A stretch of DNA of 64,000 nucleotides from Chlamydiae bacterium RIFCSPLOWO2_12_FULL_45_20. GTDB taxonomy: Bacteria; Chlamydiota; Chlamydiia; Chlamydiales; SM23-39. A model generated the notes under the pieces. That model saw nothing but the letters and a program-made list of their open reading frames with translations. It had not been told where the DNA came from and did no database searches. Both the position numbers and the translations under genes were made by a program. Of this stretch, positions 27,266 to 37,769 are shown one piece after another (the stretch's first letter is position 1; each line of letters begins with the position of its first letter). Location of the stretch: NCBI GenBank assembly GCA_001796285.1, contig MGMD01000001.1, forward strand, positions 74,143 to 138,142. The letters are read 5' to 3'.

Positions 27266-29212
27266 TCATAATCGATTCTTCGTCCCCTTGTCAATATAAA
27301 TTTCTCCTTGGCTTTCGCTATTATGATACGTTTCCCAAAGGAGGCGGAAAGGCAAGCAAATATCCAAAAGCTCTTGTAATCCCCCTTCGGCAATCTTTTT
27401 TCCTTTTTCCAGATAAATGATTTTGTCTGCATGTTCAATCGTGGACAGCCTATGAGCAATGAGAATCTGCGTCAACTCACCGCGTAAGTCTTCCATTGCT
27501 TTTTTAATCCGCTGCTCTGAAATGGCGTCTAAAGAAGAGGTGGCCTCATCCATAATCAAAATAGGAGCCTTTTTCACAAGGGCCCTTGCAATCGCAAGCC
27601 TTTGCTGCTGACCCCCTGAAAGCGTTTTACCCATTTCAGCAAGGAGCGTGTGGTATTGATTGGGAAGCTCATTGATAAATTCATCAGCGTAGGCTTTTTT
27701 CGCAGCCCCCTCAATTTCCTCTTGGGAAAAAGCGCGGCCAAAGGCAATGTTTTCCGCTACAGTATCAAAAAAAAGAAAAGGTCTTTGTGGGACAAAGGCA
27801 ATCTGTTCTCTTAAAGATTTTTGCGTTACGGCATGCAAGGGAATACCATCAATCCGAATCTCTCCTTTTTGCACTTCATAGAGTCTCGGAATCAGCTGCA
27901 CAAGAGTAGATTTCCCCGCTCCGGTTGCGCCTACAAGTGCGACAATTTCTCCCCTTTTCACTGTAAAACTCACATCGCGAATGACCCATTCCTCTCGATA
28001 CTTAAACCATACACGATCAAATTCTATAATGTTTTTAAAATCAGTGATTTCGATCGCCCCATTCCGATCTTCAATCTGAGGACGCAGGTGCAAGACTTCA
28101 AACATCCGCTCAGCAGCCACAACCCCTTTTTGAATATTCGCGTTTTCTTCAGCAAACTTCTTTACAGGCTCATAGAAAAGATGCAGTAGACCACAAAACA
28201 TGAGGAGTTGACCCACTGTCATATGTAGGGAATAAAGGCCAAAGAGGACAATAATGGCCAAACAACCCGTTGCGATGAAGTGGAGAACAGGCCTGGTCAA
28301 TAGGCCATATTTTGCGCTCTTGCTTTCCAAATGAGCCATTTGGTCGTTTTGTTCTTTATATTTTCGAAGAGAAAAAGCCTCCATAGCAAAAATCTTGACC
28401 GTCTGAATCCCCGCTAAAAAATCGAGAAGAACCGAGGTAAATGTCTCTTGATTTTTCTGAATCTGTCTGGTAATCCGCTTCACTCTCCGCGTGAGAAAAA
28501 TCACTGGCAGAATGATTAAGGGAAGACCAAGGAAAATAATGAGAGAAAGTTTCCAAGACAGATAAAAACAGGCAGCTAAGGTAGAACAAATCGTAAAAGG
28601 AGTTTGGAGGTAGTTGGTCAAACAAGAATTCAAAGAAGAGGCGATCTGTCCCGCATCGCCCACGGCCCGAGAAGAGAGACTTCCCAAGTTATGCCCTTGG
28701 TAAAAGCTGAGCGGCAAGGATTGAATATGCTCAAAATACTGTTGTCTTAAATCCCTCGTTACGCGAATCGATAAGAGCTGAGTGACATAACGAGAAGAAA
28801 AAAGAGTGATCGCTTTGAAAAAAGCCACACTCATGAGAATAAGAACAAGAAATGAAAAATTCTTCTCATAATCAAAATAGAGGGCTGCTTTGTGCATGAC
28901 CCAACCGAGAGGGTTGACATCTTTACGAGACGCGATATAACGGGCAGCCTCTTGCTTGGAAATCACTCCATCATAATTCGTGTCGATGGTCTCCCACCGT
29001 CTGTGGACATCCTCTAAACTAATTTTATCTTTAATTTTTTTTCCCTCCGTGCTGAAGAGGGCAAAAAAATCAGCGCCAGAGCTTGTGATGAGACCTAAAG
29101 AAAACATCTCACATTGCGTTGCGACAACAGCAAACATGAGCGTGAAAAACGTGAGGATGGCAAGAGTAAGATGCCTACTGTTCCGAAGGGCAGCTTGCAA
29201 CAAGAGCTTCAT
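27266..29212 (-). CDS. ABC exporter, MsbA/lipid A export-type (fused TMD-NBD) with an EF-hand-like insert
   Basis: Walker [10 protein letters not shown], signature [15 protein letters not shown], Walker [10 protein letters not shown], and a six-TM type I exporter domain. The insert after TM1 contains [12 protein letters not shown]. Confidence 0.9.
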   Translation of the reverse strand: MKLLLQAALRNSRHLTLAILTFFTLMFAVVATQCEMFSLGLITSSGADFFALFSTEGKKIKDKISLEDVHRRWETIDTNYDGVISKQEAARYIASRKDVNPLGWVMHKAALYFDYEKNFSFLVLILMSVAFFKAITLFSSRYVTQLLSIRVTRDLRQQYFEHIQSLPLSFYQGHNLGSLSSRAVGDAGQIASSLNSCLTNYLQTPFTICSTLAACFYLSWKLSLIIFLGLPLIILPVIFLTRRVKRITRQIQKNQETFTSVLLDFLAGIQTVKIFAMEAFSLRKYKEQNDQMAHLESKSAKYGLLTRPVLHFIATGCLAIIVLFGLYSLHMTVGQLLMFCGLLHLFYEPVKKFAEENANIQKGVVAAERMFEVLHLRPQIEDRNGAIEITDFKNIIEFDRVWFKYREEWVIRDVSFTVKRGEIVALVGATGAGKSTLVQLIPRLYEVQKGEIRIDGIPLHAVTQKSLREQIAFVPQRPFLFFDTVAENIAFGRAFSQEEIEGAAKKAYADEFINELPNQYHTLLAEMGKTLSGGQQQRLAIARALVKKAPILIMDEATSSLDAISEQRIKKAMEDLRGELTQILIAHRLSTIEHADKIIYLEKGKKIAEGGLQELLDICLPFRLLWETYHNSESQGEIYIDKGTKNRL

Positions 29213-30182
29213 GATTCTCCGATAGTTTTACATGAGAATCAAATTTGCCCATTTTCCGAAATTTTTGATAGCGATTTTCTAAAAGAGAAGAAATAGGTGT
29301 CGCTTTGAAGGCCTCCCACTGTTCTAAGATAAACGATTTGACATTCTGAAAGGCCTGCTTTGGATTGAGATGAGCCCCGCCGAGAGGTTCATCGATTTTT
29401 TGATCGATAATTCCCAATCCCAAAAGATCCTCGACGTGCATTTTTAAAGCAGAAGCGGCTACGGAGTTTTTACTCGCATCTTTCCATAGGATCGATGCGC
29501 ACCCTTCAGGAGAGATGACAGAATAGTAAGAATGTTCCATCATCCCAATGGCATCTCCTGCTCCGATCCCCAGCGCCCCTCCAGAGCATCCTTCACCAAT
29601 AAGAACAACGATGATAGGCGTTGGCAATCTTGCCATCTCCCAGAGATTTTGGGCAATCACCCATCCTTGTCCCCTCTCTTCAGCAGAGAGTCCTGGATAA
29701 GCCCCTGGAGTGTCTACAAAAGAAATCACGGGAAGGTTAAACTTTGCAGCGAGCTTCATACAGCGCATGGCTTTGCGGTAGCCTTCTGGATGGGGCATGC
29801 CAAAATTGCGGTAGATGCGGCTTTCAGTGTCTTTCCCTTTTTCTTGGCCGATTATGACAAATTTCTGCCCATCAATGAGGCCACAGCCCGATATAATGGC
29901 GTGATCATCAGCAAAGGTACGGTCGCCAAACAACTCGACAAATTCGTCGCAAATGGCCTCCATATAATCGATTGCATGGGGGCGGCGGGGATGGCGGCAG
30001 ATCTGTACGCGGTCCCAGGGTTTGAGCTGAGAATATGTGCGTTCTTTCAGTAGCTGCAGCTTTTTTTCCAGTTTAACGAGCTCATCTTGGGAGAAAAGAG
30101 GGTTGCCCTTATTCTGCTCCTTCAGTCGAGAAAGGGTTTCTTCCACCTCAAAGATCTGCTTTTCATGGGGTAAAATGGTCAC
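29175..30182 (-). CDS. accA: acetyl-CoA carboxylase carboxyltransferase subunit alpha
   Basis: RHPRRPH, ..[16 protein letters not shown].. and [13 protein letters not shown] are AccA motifs. Confidence 0.9.
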   Translation of the reverse strand: MTILPHEKQIFEVEETLSRLKEQNKGNPLFSQDELVKLEKKLQLLKERTYSQLKPWDRVQICRHPRRPHAIDYMEAICDEFVELFGDRTFADDHAIISGCGLIDGQKFVIIGQEKGKDTESRIYRNFGMPHPEGYRKAMRCMKLAAKFNLPVISFVDTPGAYPGLSAEERGQGWVIAQNLWEMARLPTPIIVVLIGEGCSGGALGIGAGDAIGMMEHSYYSVISPEGCASILWKDASKNSVAASALKMHVEDLLGLGIIDQKIDEPLGGAHLNPKQAFQNVKSFILEQWEAFKATPISSLLENRYQKFRKMGKFDSHVKLSENHEALVASCPSEQ

Positions 30183-31126
30183 TGTGAGATTTCCTTTACA
30201 ATTTCTACAGTAGTTGGTTTGGTAATCACGATTGCGAAAATCTCCTCTACATCAGACGAAGCCATTCGAATACATCCATCACTGTTGAGCCTCCCAATCT
30301 GGCTTACATCTTCTACCATCTGGCCATCTGCTCCTACCACCCAAGGAACGCCATGAATACCAAATCCCTTAGCGGGCTCTGAACAACCGTCAATTTCTTC
30401 CTCAAAAGGGAGCCATCGTGTCCCAAAGATACGGATCATCTCCACTTCTTGATCTTGAAAATGCCCTATTACACCCGGCTTATAAATCGCAACCTTCTCC
30501 CCTAGCCCATACTTTCCTATCGGCGTTAAAGATCCAGATGTACTCACAGAATCTTTTTTTCCCACACCTACTCGGTAGGTTTTTAGAAGTACTTTTTCCG
30601 AGCCATCAAGATAATAAAACCACATTTTGCACTGTGCAAGATCGACCAGCAAGTGAAAGCGAATGTCTTTTCCCTGCTTAAATACATTGAATCGATCGCC
30701 AGGATGAATCTTTTGAGTGAGGTAATCTGCCTTTCCGTTCAAGCTGCGAGCAATAAAATGGCGGGATGTTTGATAGTGAGACGCATAATCAGAAATCCAG
30801 GCAGGTCTCCCTTTTAACCACGGAACACGGCTTGTAAAAGACACTGTTTCGACGATCGAAAGCTGTTTGGATCCTGTTGCAAAAAGCTGGGGGATCCGAT
30901 CTACTTCCGGTTCTGCTACGACAGGCTCTAAAGAGATCGGCATTGGCTCGCTGGCAGTACCTAAAGCAATTTCTTGTACGGACTCTTCAATGAACTGGCC
31001 TTTCTTGACCCATCCTATAAAGCCTATCCCGCCAAAAAGAAGGATTGCCCCAATAATAAAATACTTCACAACTCGCCATCCCCTCTTGAAAATATCCCTC
31101 TGCCACTGGACTTTGTCCAGTTCCAA
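30179..31126 (-). CDS. L,D-transpeptidase (YkuD domain) with N-terminal membrane anchor
   Basis: The C-terminus GFGIHGVP....[17 protein letters not shown] is the YkuD H-G / S-x-G-C-I-R-M catalytic motif. Confidence 0.85.
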   Translation of the reverse strand: MELDKVQWQRDIFKRGWRVVKYFIIGAILLFGGIGFIGWVKKGQFIEESVQEIALGTASEPMPISLEPVVAEPEVDRIPQLFATGSKQLSIVETVSFTSRVPWLKGRPAWISDYASHYQTSRHFIARSLNGKADYLTQKIHPGDRFNVFKQGKDIRFHLLVDLAQCKMWFYYLDGSEKVLLKTYRVGVGKKDSVSTSGSLTPIGKYGLGEKVAIYKPGVIGHFQDQEVEMIRIFGTRWLPFEEEIDGCSEPAKGFGIHGVPWVVGADGQMVEDVSQIGRLNSDGCIRMASSDVEEIFAIVITKPTTVEIVKEISQ

Positions 31127-31244
31127 GAGTCTACCTGTTCAAAGAAATTTCTGTCGACTCAAGACAAAATATTGTTTGAACAAATGGTTGACTTACGCGA
31201 GCATTATCGAAGACAAGTGACTATTTTGCAATGGGAATCACGTA

Positions 31245-31411
31245 TTATACCATTTGCGAGAAATAAATTCATAAATTAGGGCTGGGTAACGTGGCAGATT
31301 TGAATGGTCGTTTTGCAGCTCATGTTTTTAAACATGAGCAAGAAAGGATCGTTCAAAGATGACATGTTATACGGCCCTAATTTATGAATTTATTTCTCGC
31401 AAATGGTATAA
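31245..31411. repeat. 38-bp perfect inverted repeat (31245-31282 / 31374-31411) around a 91-nt spacer
   Basis: The left arm is TTATACCATTTGCGAGAAATAAATTCATAAATTAGGGC, and the right arm is its exact reverse complement. The spacer contains a second palindrome, CTCATGTTTTTAAACATGAG. Confidence 0.9.
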
Positions 31412-31432
31412 GGTATACTGGACTGTGTCCAA

Positions 31433-32242
31433 TCACTTCCAAACAAGGTTCCCGAAACTATCAAAAAATTGCTTAGGAGTCCAGTCAACCGTTTGTTTCG
31501 GGCCCACTGCCACAGGAAGGGTTATTCTAATGATTTTATCATCAACAATTTGGATACGTTGTAGGTTTGCTGATAGGGGCAATTTCAAGAAGCCTAGGCC
31601 TATCTTTGTTTGCACTGTCAAAAATGCTTGGAATGAAACGCTACGATCGCTCCAGTTGATCGATCCGATCACGTCCTTGCATGTAAATGTTGCCGTCTCA
31701 AGAGGCTTCCATCCTTCTTCTCCAAATTTTCCGATCTTTCCCACATATTTTTTTGTATATGTAACCTTAAAATCCGTTTGATTACCATTTTCAAAACATT
31801 CAATGGAATGGTGATCTTGGGGTATCAAGCGCAAAATAAATAATCCTAATCCATCGATGGGAGAAGCCCAATCAGTGAGTTTTTTTTTGAGAACTTCCTT
31901 AGGGTCATCCGTAGAAATAGACGAAGCTAAGACGAGCGAAAAAGGGGGAAGCTTGGGCAGAGGAGACAAAGAGCCCTCTACAAAATTCTGGACAGCTAAC
32001 TGGATCGCCCGCTTGACTCGGAACCTACGGCTCGGAATAATCCATACTTGAAACCAAGTGGAGGGGCGGTTCCATGATAACTCGTATGCCCAGCCGAAGT
32101 GATCAAAAATACGCTTGGCAGTTTCTCGGATCACATCCGTATTTTTTTGTTGTATAGCATGCCTGTCCTCTGCCTTCACTAAAGAATTTTTTATGATTTC
32201 TTTGGAAATGTAATAATAACTAAAATAATTAAAAATTTTCAC
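31433..32242 (-). CDS. hypothetical protein (269 aa)
   Basis: Long ORF that fits the strand-consistent gene packing. I recognise no motif. Confidence 0.6.
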   Translation of the reverse strand: MKIFNYFSYYYISKEIIKNSLVKAEDRHAIQQKNTDVIRETAKRIFDHFGWAYELSWNRPSTWFQVWIIPSRRFRVKRAIQLAVQNFVEGSLSPLPKLPPFSLVLASSISTDDPKEVLKKKLTDWASPIDGLGLFILRLIPQDHHSIECFENGNQTDFKVTYTKKYVGKIGKFGEEGWKPLETATFTCKDVIGSINWSDRSVSFQAFLTVQTKIGLGFLKLPLSANLQRIQIVDDKIIRITLPVAVGPKQTVDWTPKQFFDSFGNLVWK

Positions 32243-32282
32243 ACTAAACCAAAATAATACGTCTAATTATTATATCAGTTAA

Positions 32283-33179
32283 TTATGAATTTCTCAATGA
32301 CTGAAAAACAAAAAAAACTTGTGAAAGACAGGGATGTATTTCACATAAAATTAAAAATGTACTGTCCCAAAAACAACCTTTTCCCGCTAGGGGGATCACC
32401 TGGGTGAGCAAAGGATGTTCCAATGCCACTACTAATTGGTTTTGAAAGGAAATTTTTTGCGTGTGGGCTTTGAACTTCTCCAAGCTTCGAGGAACGATGA
32501 TGGCATTTCCTACTTCGCATTGGTTGGCGCGAATATAAAAAGCGATATAAAACGGTTCCTGAGGGCGAAGTCCTACGAGACTGAAGGTAATTTTTAATGC
32601 GTCATGATCTATATCTGACGGAAGGCAGTCTATTTGGTGTTTCATGCTGAGCCAGATCTCTGGATCAAAAAAGCTCTGCGTCCATCCGCTTACTCCCGAG
32701 CCTTGAATTCCAAAAGATAAAGCGGAGTTTTGAGGACCAAAGGCACACACCTCTACATCTTTTGACCGAATCACTCCCAACCCCACTTCATTGCCTGATA
32801 AAGTCAGCGCAGCCTGAATTGTCGGAAGATTTATGAGAGTGACGTCGAGAAAATCTGATGGAGCGGGGCATATCGGCTGAATGCACCGTATTCTTTGTAG
32901 ACATTTTTGGACATTTGACTGAGAAAATTCTCGTTCCCTGCACCAAAGAGTTGGGAAGGATTCGAGTTTGAGTACTTGAAAAGCGAGCTTACCCGCTTCT
33001 TCGACCCATCCCGCTTCTTGATAAAGACAAGCAAGCCGACAAAGTTTGTGAAGAGCGATTTCGCCATATTTTGGAATATATGGAGGAAGTCTGGCTCCCA
33101 TTTGTTTCAATCGTATGTAGGCTAGAAGAGGCCGATACACACCAGCCTCACAGCCTGCCTGGAGATTCCATAGTTCCAT
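32283..33179 (-). CDS. hypothetical protein (298 aa)
   Basis: Long ORF immediately upstream of the 269-aa ORF on the same strand. I recognise no motif. Confidence 0.6.
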   Translation of the reverse strand: MELWNLQAGCEAGVYRPLLAYIRLKQMGARLPPYIPKYGEIALHKLCRLACLYQEAGWVEEAGKLAFQVLKLESFPTLWCREREFSQSNVQKCLQRIRCIQPICPAPSDFLDVTLINLPTIQAALTLSGNEVGLGVIRSKDVEVCAFGPQNSALSFGIQGSGVSGWTQSFFDPEIWLSMKHQIDCLPSDIDHDALKITFSLVGLRPQEPFYIAFYIRANQCEVGNAIIVPRSLEKFKAHTQKISFQNQLVVALEHPLLTQVIPLAGKGCFWDSTFLILCEIHPCLSQVFFVFQSLRNS

Positions 33180-33184
33180 GGGAA

Positions 33185-33469
33185 CTATTCAATGAGTTTA
33201 CGCATTTTCTTACCAGGAGTAAATTTCACGGCTTTACGCGCTGGGATCACAATCGGAACCGCTGCATTCTTCGGATTGCGTCCAATTTTTTGCTTTCTCT
33301 CTACGATTTCAAACACTCCAAAATCGCGGAACTCCAAACGATCTCCTTGTGAAAGAGAATCTGTCATCGCATCGAGGAAAGCCTGTATGACATTCCGTAC
33401 ATCATTAGGGTGCAACCCCTTGGATGTAGAAATGGTTTGGATCAGCCTCTTTTTTGTGATAGTCGCCAT
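33185..33469 (-). CDS. HU/IHF-family DNA-binding protein
   Basis: MATITKKRLI...VIQAFLDAMTDSLSQGDRLEFRDFGVFEIVERKQKIGRNPKN..VPIVIPARKAVKFTPGK is the HU/IHF beta-arm pattern. I chose the ATG at 33469. Confidence 0.85.
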   Translation of the reverse strand: MATITKKRLIQTISTSKGLHPNDVRNVIQAFLDAMTDSLSQGDRLEFRDFGVFEIVERKQKIGRNPKNAAVPIVIPARKAVKFTPGKKMRKLIE

Positions 33470-33642
33470 ATCAGCGCTCCTCCGTTGACTTAAGGTACTT
33501 TCTTGATTTTCAGACAAGCTGTTTGTCTCCTTCCTTGGGTTATTCTAATGAACCGATCCCAAATTCATTCCTCGACACCTTAGGTGCTCGATGTAAAGGG
33601 GTTCACGAGTCTCAAAATAGCTTTTAGAGAATATTTTTCAAA

Positions 33643-34905
33643 TCAATTTTTGTTTATTTTGATTAAGAGGCGTTTTTTTTTGCCCATGCTGAAGAGGAGA
33701 TAGGTGTGATCGATGAGATCTTTTTTTAAGATCACAAAAGCTGGATCGTGAATACGTACATTGTTGAGATAAGCCCCTCCATTTTTAATCAGGCGTACGG
33801 CTTCTGACTTACTGGGGGAAAAACCCACTTGTACCGCAACGTCCACGAATTTTCTTCCGAGTACCTCTGCCTGAGAGAGCTCACAAGACGGCATATCTTC
33901 AGCAATCTGGGAGAGTAAAGACCCTGTTAACATCGCATCGCTACCCGGGTTGATGCCCTGGGTGACTTTTTGAGCGGTCTGAAGACCTTCTTCACCATGC
34001 ACAAAGCGGGTGACTTCTTCTGCGAGGCGCTTTTGCGCCCTATTGGGCTCCTGCATGCCACTTTCGATTTCCCTAATTTCATCGAGGCTTAAAAAAGTCA
34101 GATTTTTTAACAGCTGAATTACATCCTCATCACTCACGCGAATTAAATACTGATAAAACTGGTAAGGGCTAAGCTTTTCTGAAGAAAGCCAAATAGCCCC
34201 TTCTTCTGTTTTACCGAATTTTTTCCCATCTCTTTTGGTGAGAAGAGGGAATGTGAGGCCAAAAAGCGGGATACCTCCGAGCTTCCGGTTCAATTCAATA
34301 CCAGCTGTGATATTGCCCCATTGATCACTTCCCCCCATTTGGAGGCTGACGCCATGTTTTTTAGAAAGATAGTGAAAGTCATATCCTTGGAGGATTTGAT
34401 AGGTAAATTCAGTAAAACTCATCCCCTCTTCAGACTGAAGCCTTGTTCTAACCATTTCTTTACCCATCATGGGCCCAATACGAAAATGCTTTCCCACATC
34501 TCTTAAAAATTCGACAAGGGTAAACCTTCCCAACCATTCATCATTATTCAAGATGACAGGCTGTGGCCCATTTTCGAAGGAGAGAACTTTTTTAAAAAAC
34601 CTGTCAAGACACTGTACGTTATACGCTAGCGTTTGTTGATCGAGGAGATTGCGTTCTTGGCTTTTCCCGGAAGGATCTCCAATTAATCCGGTTGCCCCGC
34701 CGAGAATAGCAAACGGGGTATGACCGAACTTTTGAAACCACGCAAGCGCCATGATGCCCACTAAATTCCCCAGGTGCAAACTATCGGACGTTGGATCAAA
34801 TCCAACGTAGACTTTGATCGGCGAACCAACCTGTTTCCTTAGATCGGCGTGAGTCATCTGGTCGACAAAGCCCCGCTCCTCTAACACATCAATGACGTTT
34901 TCCAT
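33643..34905 (-). CDS. tyrS: tyrosyl-tRNA synthetase
   Basis: MENVIDVLEERGFVDQ.., GFDPTSDSLHLGNL (HIGH region), KFGKT (KMSKS region) and a C-terminal S4-like domain. An alternative start is 34938. Confidence 0.95.
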   Translation of the reverse strand: MENVIDVLEERGFVDQMTHADLRKQVGSPIKVYVGFDPTSDSLHLGNLVGIMALAWFQKFGHTPFAILGGATGLIGDPSGKSQERNLLDQQTLAYNVQCLDRFFKKVLSFENGPQPVILNNDEWLGRFTLVEFLRDVGKHFRIGPMMGKEMVRTRLQSEEGMSFTEFTYQILQGYDFHYLSKKHGVSLQMGGSDQWGNITAGIELNRKLGGIPLFGLTFPLLTKRDGKKFGKTEEGAIWLSSEKLSPYQFYQYLIRVSDEDVIQLLKNLTFLSLDEIREIESGMQEPNRAQKRLAEEVTRFVHGEEGLQTAQKVTQGINPGSDAMLTGSLLSQIAEDMPSCELSQAEVLGRKFVDVAVQVGFSPSKSEAVRLIKNGGAYLNNVRIHDPAFVILKKDLIDHTYLLFSMGKKKRLLIKINKN

Positions 34906-34921
34906 CCCGAGATAGCCTACA

Positions 34922-35275
34922 TTAAAAATCCTTTGCATCCAAGGCTTTTCTCAGCTGATTCATGTTCTCTTCCAATTGTTTCGCAAGGCTTTTTACTTTT
35001 TTGCTAACAGCTGCAGGATCTTTGTTCTGATTGAAGAGTCTAATATTCGATTTTTCTTTGATGGGGATTCTATGCTGAGCGTGATCGGCGATCCACTTGT
35101 GAATTTTGTCAGTGGTCTCTTTCAGCGCTTGAGAGGTAAAGGAGAGTCTTTCAGACTCCCATTGTTTGATGAGCTTTTCTCGAACCCGCCTTGTTTTTAC
35201 ACTTTCTTGAGCAGCCACACGCGCAGCTCTTTTGCCTGCCGCAGTCATTGAGCTCCTTCTTTCCGACTTGCCCAA
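34922..35275 (-). CDS. hypothetical basic, Lys/Arg-rich coiled-coil protein (117 aa)
   Basis: ORF directly upstream of tyrS on the same strand. It has a strongly basic composition. No family recognised. Confidence 0.5.
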   Translation of the reverse strand: MGKSERRSSMTAAGKRAARVAAQESVKTRRVREKLIKQWESERLSFTSQALKETTDKIHKWIADHAQHRIPIKEKSNIRLFNQNKDPAAVSKKVKSLAKQLEENMNQLRKALDAKDF

Positions 35276-35325
35276 TCTAGTAAAATTTGATTTAAAGATC
35301 CATTTTTTTTTGCTAAACTGACGTT

Positions 35326-36003
35326 ATGTCAGAAGTGGGAAAAATGGCGGCCAGTGAAAAGGCTGTAGATCTTATTGAAAGTGGGATGATTGTGGGGCTT
35401 GGATCTGGCACTACAGCAGCCAAGTTTATCCAATTTCTCATCCAGAAAGCAAAGGAAGGCCTTCGCATTCAGGCTGTGGCCAGCTCTCGAACTTCTTGGG
35501 AACTAGCCACAAGAGGTGGCATTGAAGTGCTTGATATTAACTCGGTGCCACGCATTGATCTAACCGTGGATGGGGCGGACGAAATTGATTCCTTAAAGAG
35601 GATGATTAAGGGGGGAGGCGGAGCGCATGTAAGGGAGAAAATCCTGGCTAGTTCGAGTAATGAAATGGTTGTCATCATAGATGAGAGTAAAAGAGTACGC
35701 CAAATAGGAACAAAAAAACTTCCCATTGAAGTCCTTTTTTTTGGTTCGCCTGCTACTCGCGCAAAAATCGAAAATCTTGGGTATTCGGGGAGATGGAGGT
35801 TGAATGCCGATGAGACCTTTTATGTTACAGAAAATGGGAACCTTCTCTTTGATCTTTCTTTTGATCGGCCACCTGAGGTGCCTGAAGCCCTACACGACCT
35901 GCTGATTCATATTCCCGGTGTTGTAGATACGGGATTTTTTTTCAATCTGGCAGGACGGGTTATCATAGGACACGAAGATGGACGAGTAACGGTCGTTTCT
36001 TAA
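35326..36003 (+). CDS. rpiA: ribose-5-phosphate isomerase A
   Basis: VGLGSGTTA, DLTVDGADEID and KGGGGAH.REK are RpiA motifs. Confidence 0.9.
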   Translation: MSEVGKMAASEKAVDLIESGMIVGLGSGTTAAKFIQFLIQKAKEGLRIQAVASSRTSWELATRGGIEVLDINSVPRIDLTVDGADEIDSLKRMIKGGGGAHVREKILASSSNEMVVIIDESKRVRQIGTKKLPIEVLFFGSPATRAKIENLGYSGRWRLNADETFYVTENGNLLFDLSFDRPPEVPEALHDLLIHIPGVVDTGFFFNLAGRVIIGHEDGRVTVVS

Positions 36004-36022
36004 CTTACACACACATTGAGTA

Positions 36023-36301
36023 TTAGTAATCCATGTAGAAATGATTGTGGGCGAGCTTGACAATCGCCTGCACGGCCTTTTCCGCATCTTCCCCTGTTGC
36101 CTCCACAGATACCTTGGCTCCTCTTTCTGCTGCAAGCATCAAAATCCCTAAAATAGACTTGGCATTGACCACGTACTTTCGATAGCTTAAATTCACATGG
36201 GCTCTAAAACCAGCGGCGCACTTGACGAGTTCCGTCGAAGGGCGTGTGTGAAGTCCTTTAGCGTTTAAAACGACAAAAATACCGCGGGCTTTCTTCTGCA
36301 T
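36023..36301 (-). CDS. ptsH: phosphocarrier protein HPr
   Basis: 92 aa. GLHTRPS carries the His15 site and NAKSILGILML carries the Ser46 region. Confidence 0.9.
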   Translation of the reverse strand: MQKKARGIFVVLNAKGLHTRPSTELVKCAAGFRAHVNLSYRKYVVNAKSILGILMLAAERGAKVSVEATGEDAEKAVQAIVKLAHNHFYMDY

Positions 36302-36436
36302 CTAATTTTTCTCAGGAGACAGATGTAGGTATTACACCGATGGATTTTTTTTTGCAAGAGTAGTGTGCAAAATCGCATCGCGTAGGAGGGAATCCGCGCG
36401 TCTTGGACAGTAGACCTCTTGCATAAAACGCATTGA

Positions 36437-37666
36437 ATGGATAGAATACCCTTTTTTTACAATGGAGTAACGTTAATGACCCTGCCACTCTCGGCGCATT
36501 CCTCAGGGGCTTCGGTGAATTACATCGTTCCTGAGCTATTCCAATCCTTAAACAAGAAAGCCCTGGACTACCTGCGCAATCCTTATTACACCCAGTCGCT
36601 AGAGCTAGCATTTACAGCACTAAGCGAAGCTAACATTTTCACTGATGAAAACATCAACGATCTCATCGACCACCCTGACTATGCTCTCCCGCTTGCAAAC
36701 ATATTCGTGGCTCTGCACTCTAAAACCTTGCTCGATGCCCACAACCGAACCCTTATCACACGCTCCCCCAGGCATGCAGGAAGCTTCGCAGAGACGCTCA
36801 ACATTCTAGAAAAGGCTTCATTGACAGATTCTTTGATCTGCCAAGCACTTATCGACCAGTACGATCATATAGAATTAATTAACCGCTTATTCTACATTCT
36901 AGCTGTGACAGAATGTGGGATCGAAAAAGAGACAAACTTTCTCGATATGGCAACCTGCAACCAGATCATTAGGAACCATAAACATTTAGAAGCCTTCATA
37001 AAGGTATTCTCGTCTCTAAAATCAGTGGGACTCCTCAATGTTAGAAGCCGCGATACAATTCTTTCAGCCTCAAAATATGCAGAACCGCTCGGAAAGATAT
37101 TCTCTGCTTTAAAAAGGGTAAACCTTCTTAATCAGACAACCTCTGACCAATGTATTGTACTCTATAAGCATGCAAAACCACTCGCAGAAATATTCGAGCC
37201 ATTGCAATTGGCAGGGCTTCTCAACAAAGAGACCTACGACTATTTTATCCAACACCCCCACCAAACAGGCTCGCTTGGAGACGTATTTTCCTTCCTACAA
37301 AAGGGGGATCTTCTTAATAAAAACACCTACAACAGCTTTATTCCATTCCACGAGCAGGCAGCGTCATTCACAAGCGCATTTTCTTCCTTAAGTCGGGCAA
37401 GACTGTTCAATACAGAGACTCTCTCCACCCTCATCCAATACGCCCAGCACATAAAATCGCTAGCACAGATATTCAATATTCTGGTATGGCCACATCGCAA
37501 GATTACTGATGCCAATTACAAGGACATGTTTCTCAATGCTGACAACTACAATGCCGTCATGCAGCATGTTCAAGATGCAGCTAGGTTGGCAGAGAAACTT
37601 ACAACACTGAGAGATAATGACATACTCACTCAACAAACCTTTCTCGAGGCCCTCGACTCTCTGTAA
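36437..37666 (+). CDS. hypothetical tandem-repeat (about 31 aa x ~11) alpha-helical protein
   Basis: The unit H/Y-A-x-x-L-A-x-I-F-x-x-L-x-x-x-G-L-L-N-x-x-T-x-x-x-I recurs, for example YAEPLGKIFSALKRVNLLNQTTSDQCIVLYK / HAKPLAEIFEPLQLAGLLNKETYDYFIQHPH. Confidence 0.7.
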   Translation: MDRIPFFYNGVTLMTLPLSAHSSGASVNYIVPELFQSLNKKALDYLRNPYYTQSLELAFTALSEANIFTDENINDLIDHPDYALPLANIFVALHSKTLLDAHNRTLITRSPRHAGSFAETLNILEKASLTDSLICQALIDQYDHIELINRLFYILAVTECGIEKETNFLDMATCNQIIRNHKHLEAFIKVFSSLKSVGLLNVRSRDTILSASKYAEPLGKIFSALKRVNLLNQTTSDQCIVLYKHAKPLAEIFEPLQLAGLLNKETYDYFIQHPHQTGSLGDVFSFLQKGDLLNKNTYNSFIPFHEQAASFTSAFSSLSRARLFNTETLSTLIQYAQHIKSLAQIFNILVWPHRKITDANYKDMFLNADNYNAVMQHVQDAARLAEKLTTLRDNDILTQQTFLEALDSL

Positions 37667-37769
37667 GAGAGAGGCATCGGTGAGACATCAAGAATCTGTC
37701 TAAAACGGCAGATTCTTGTACTCGATTTTGCACATTTTTGAATTGCCATCTGCCGAGAGGCCCTCCCAT

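Noticed and set aside
36312-36611. 99-aa minus-strand ORF in the ptsH/repeat-protein divergent region.
   Set aside because: It overlaps the start of the better-supported 409-aa plus-strand ORF and has no motif. It is probably non-coding promoter space.
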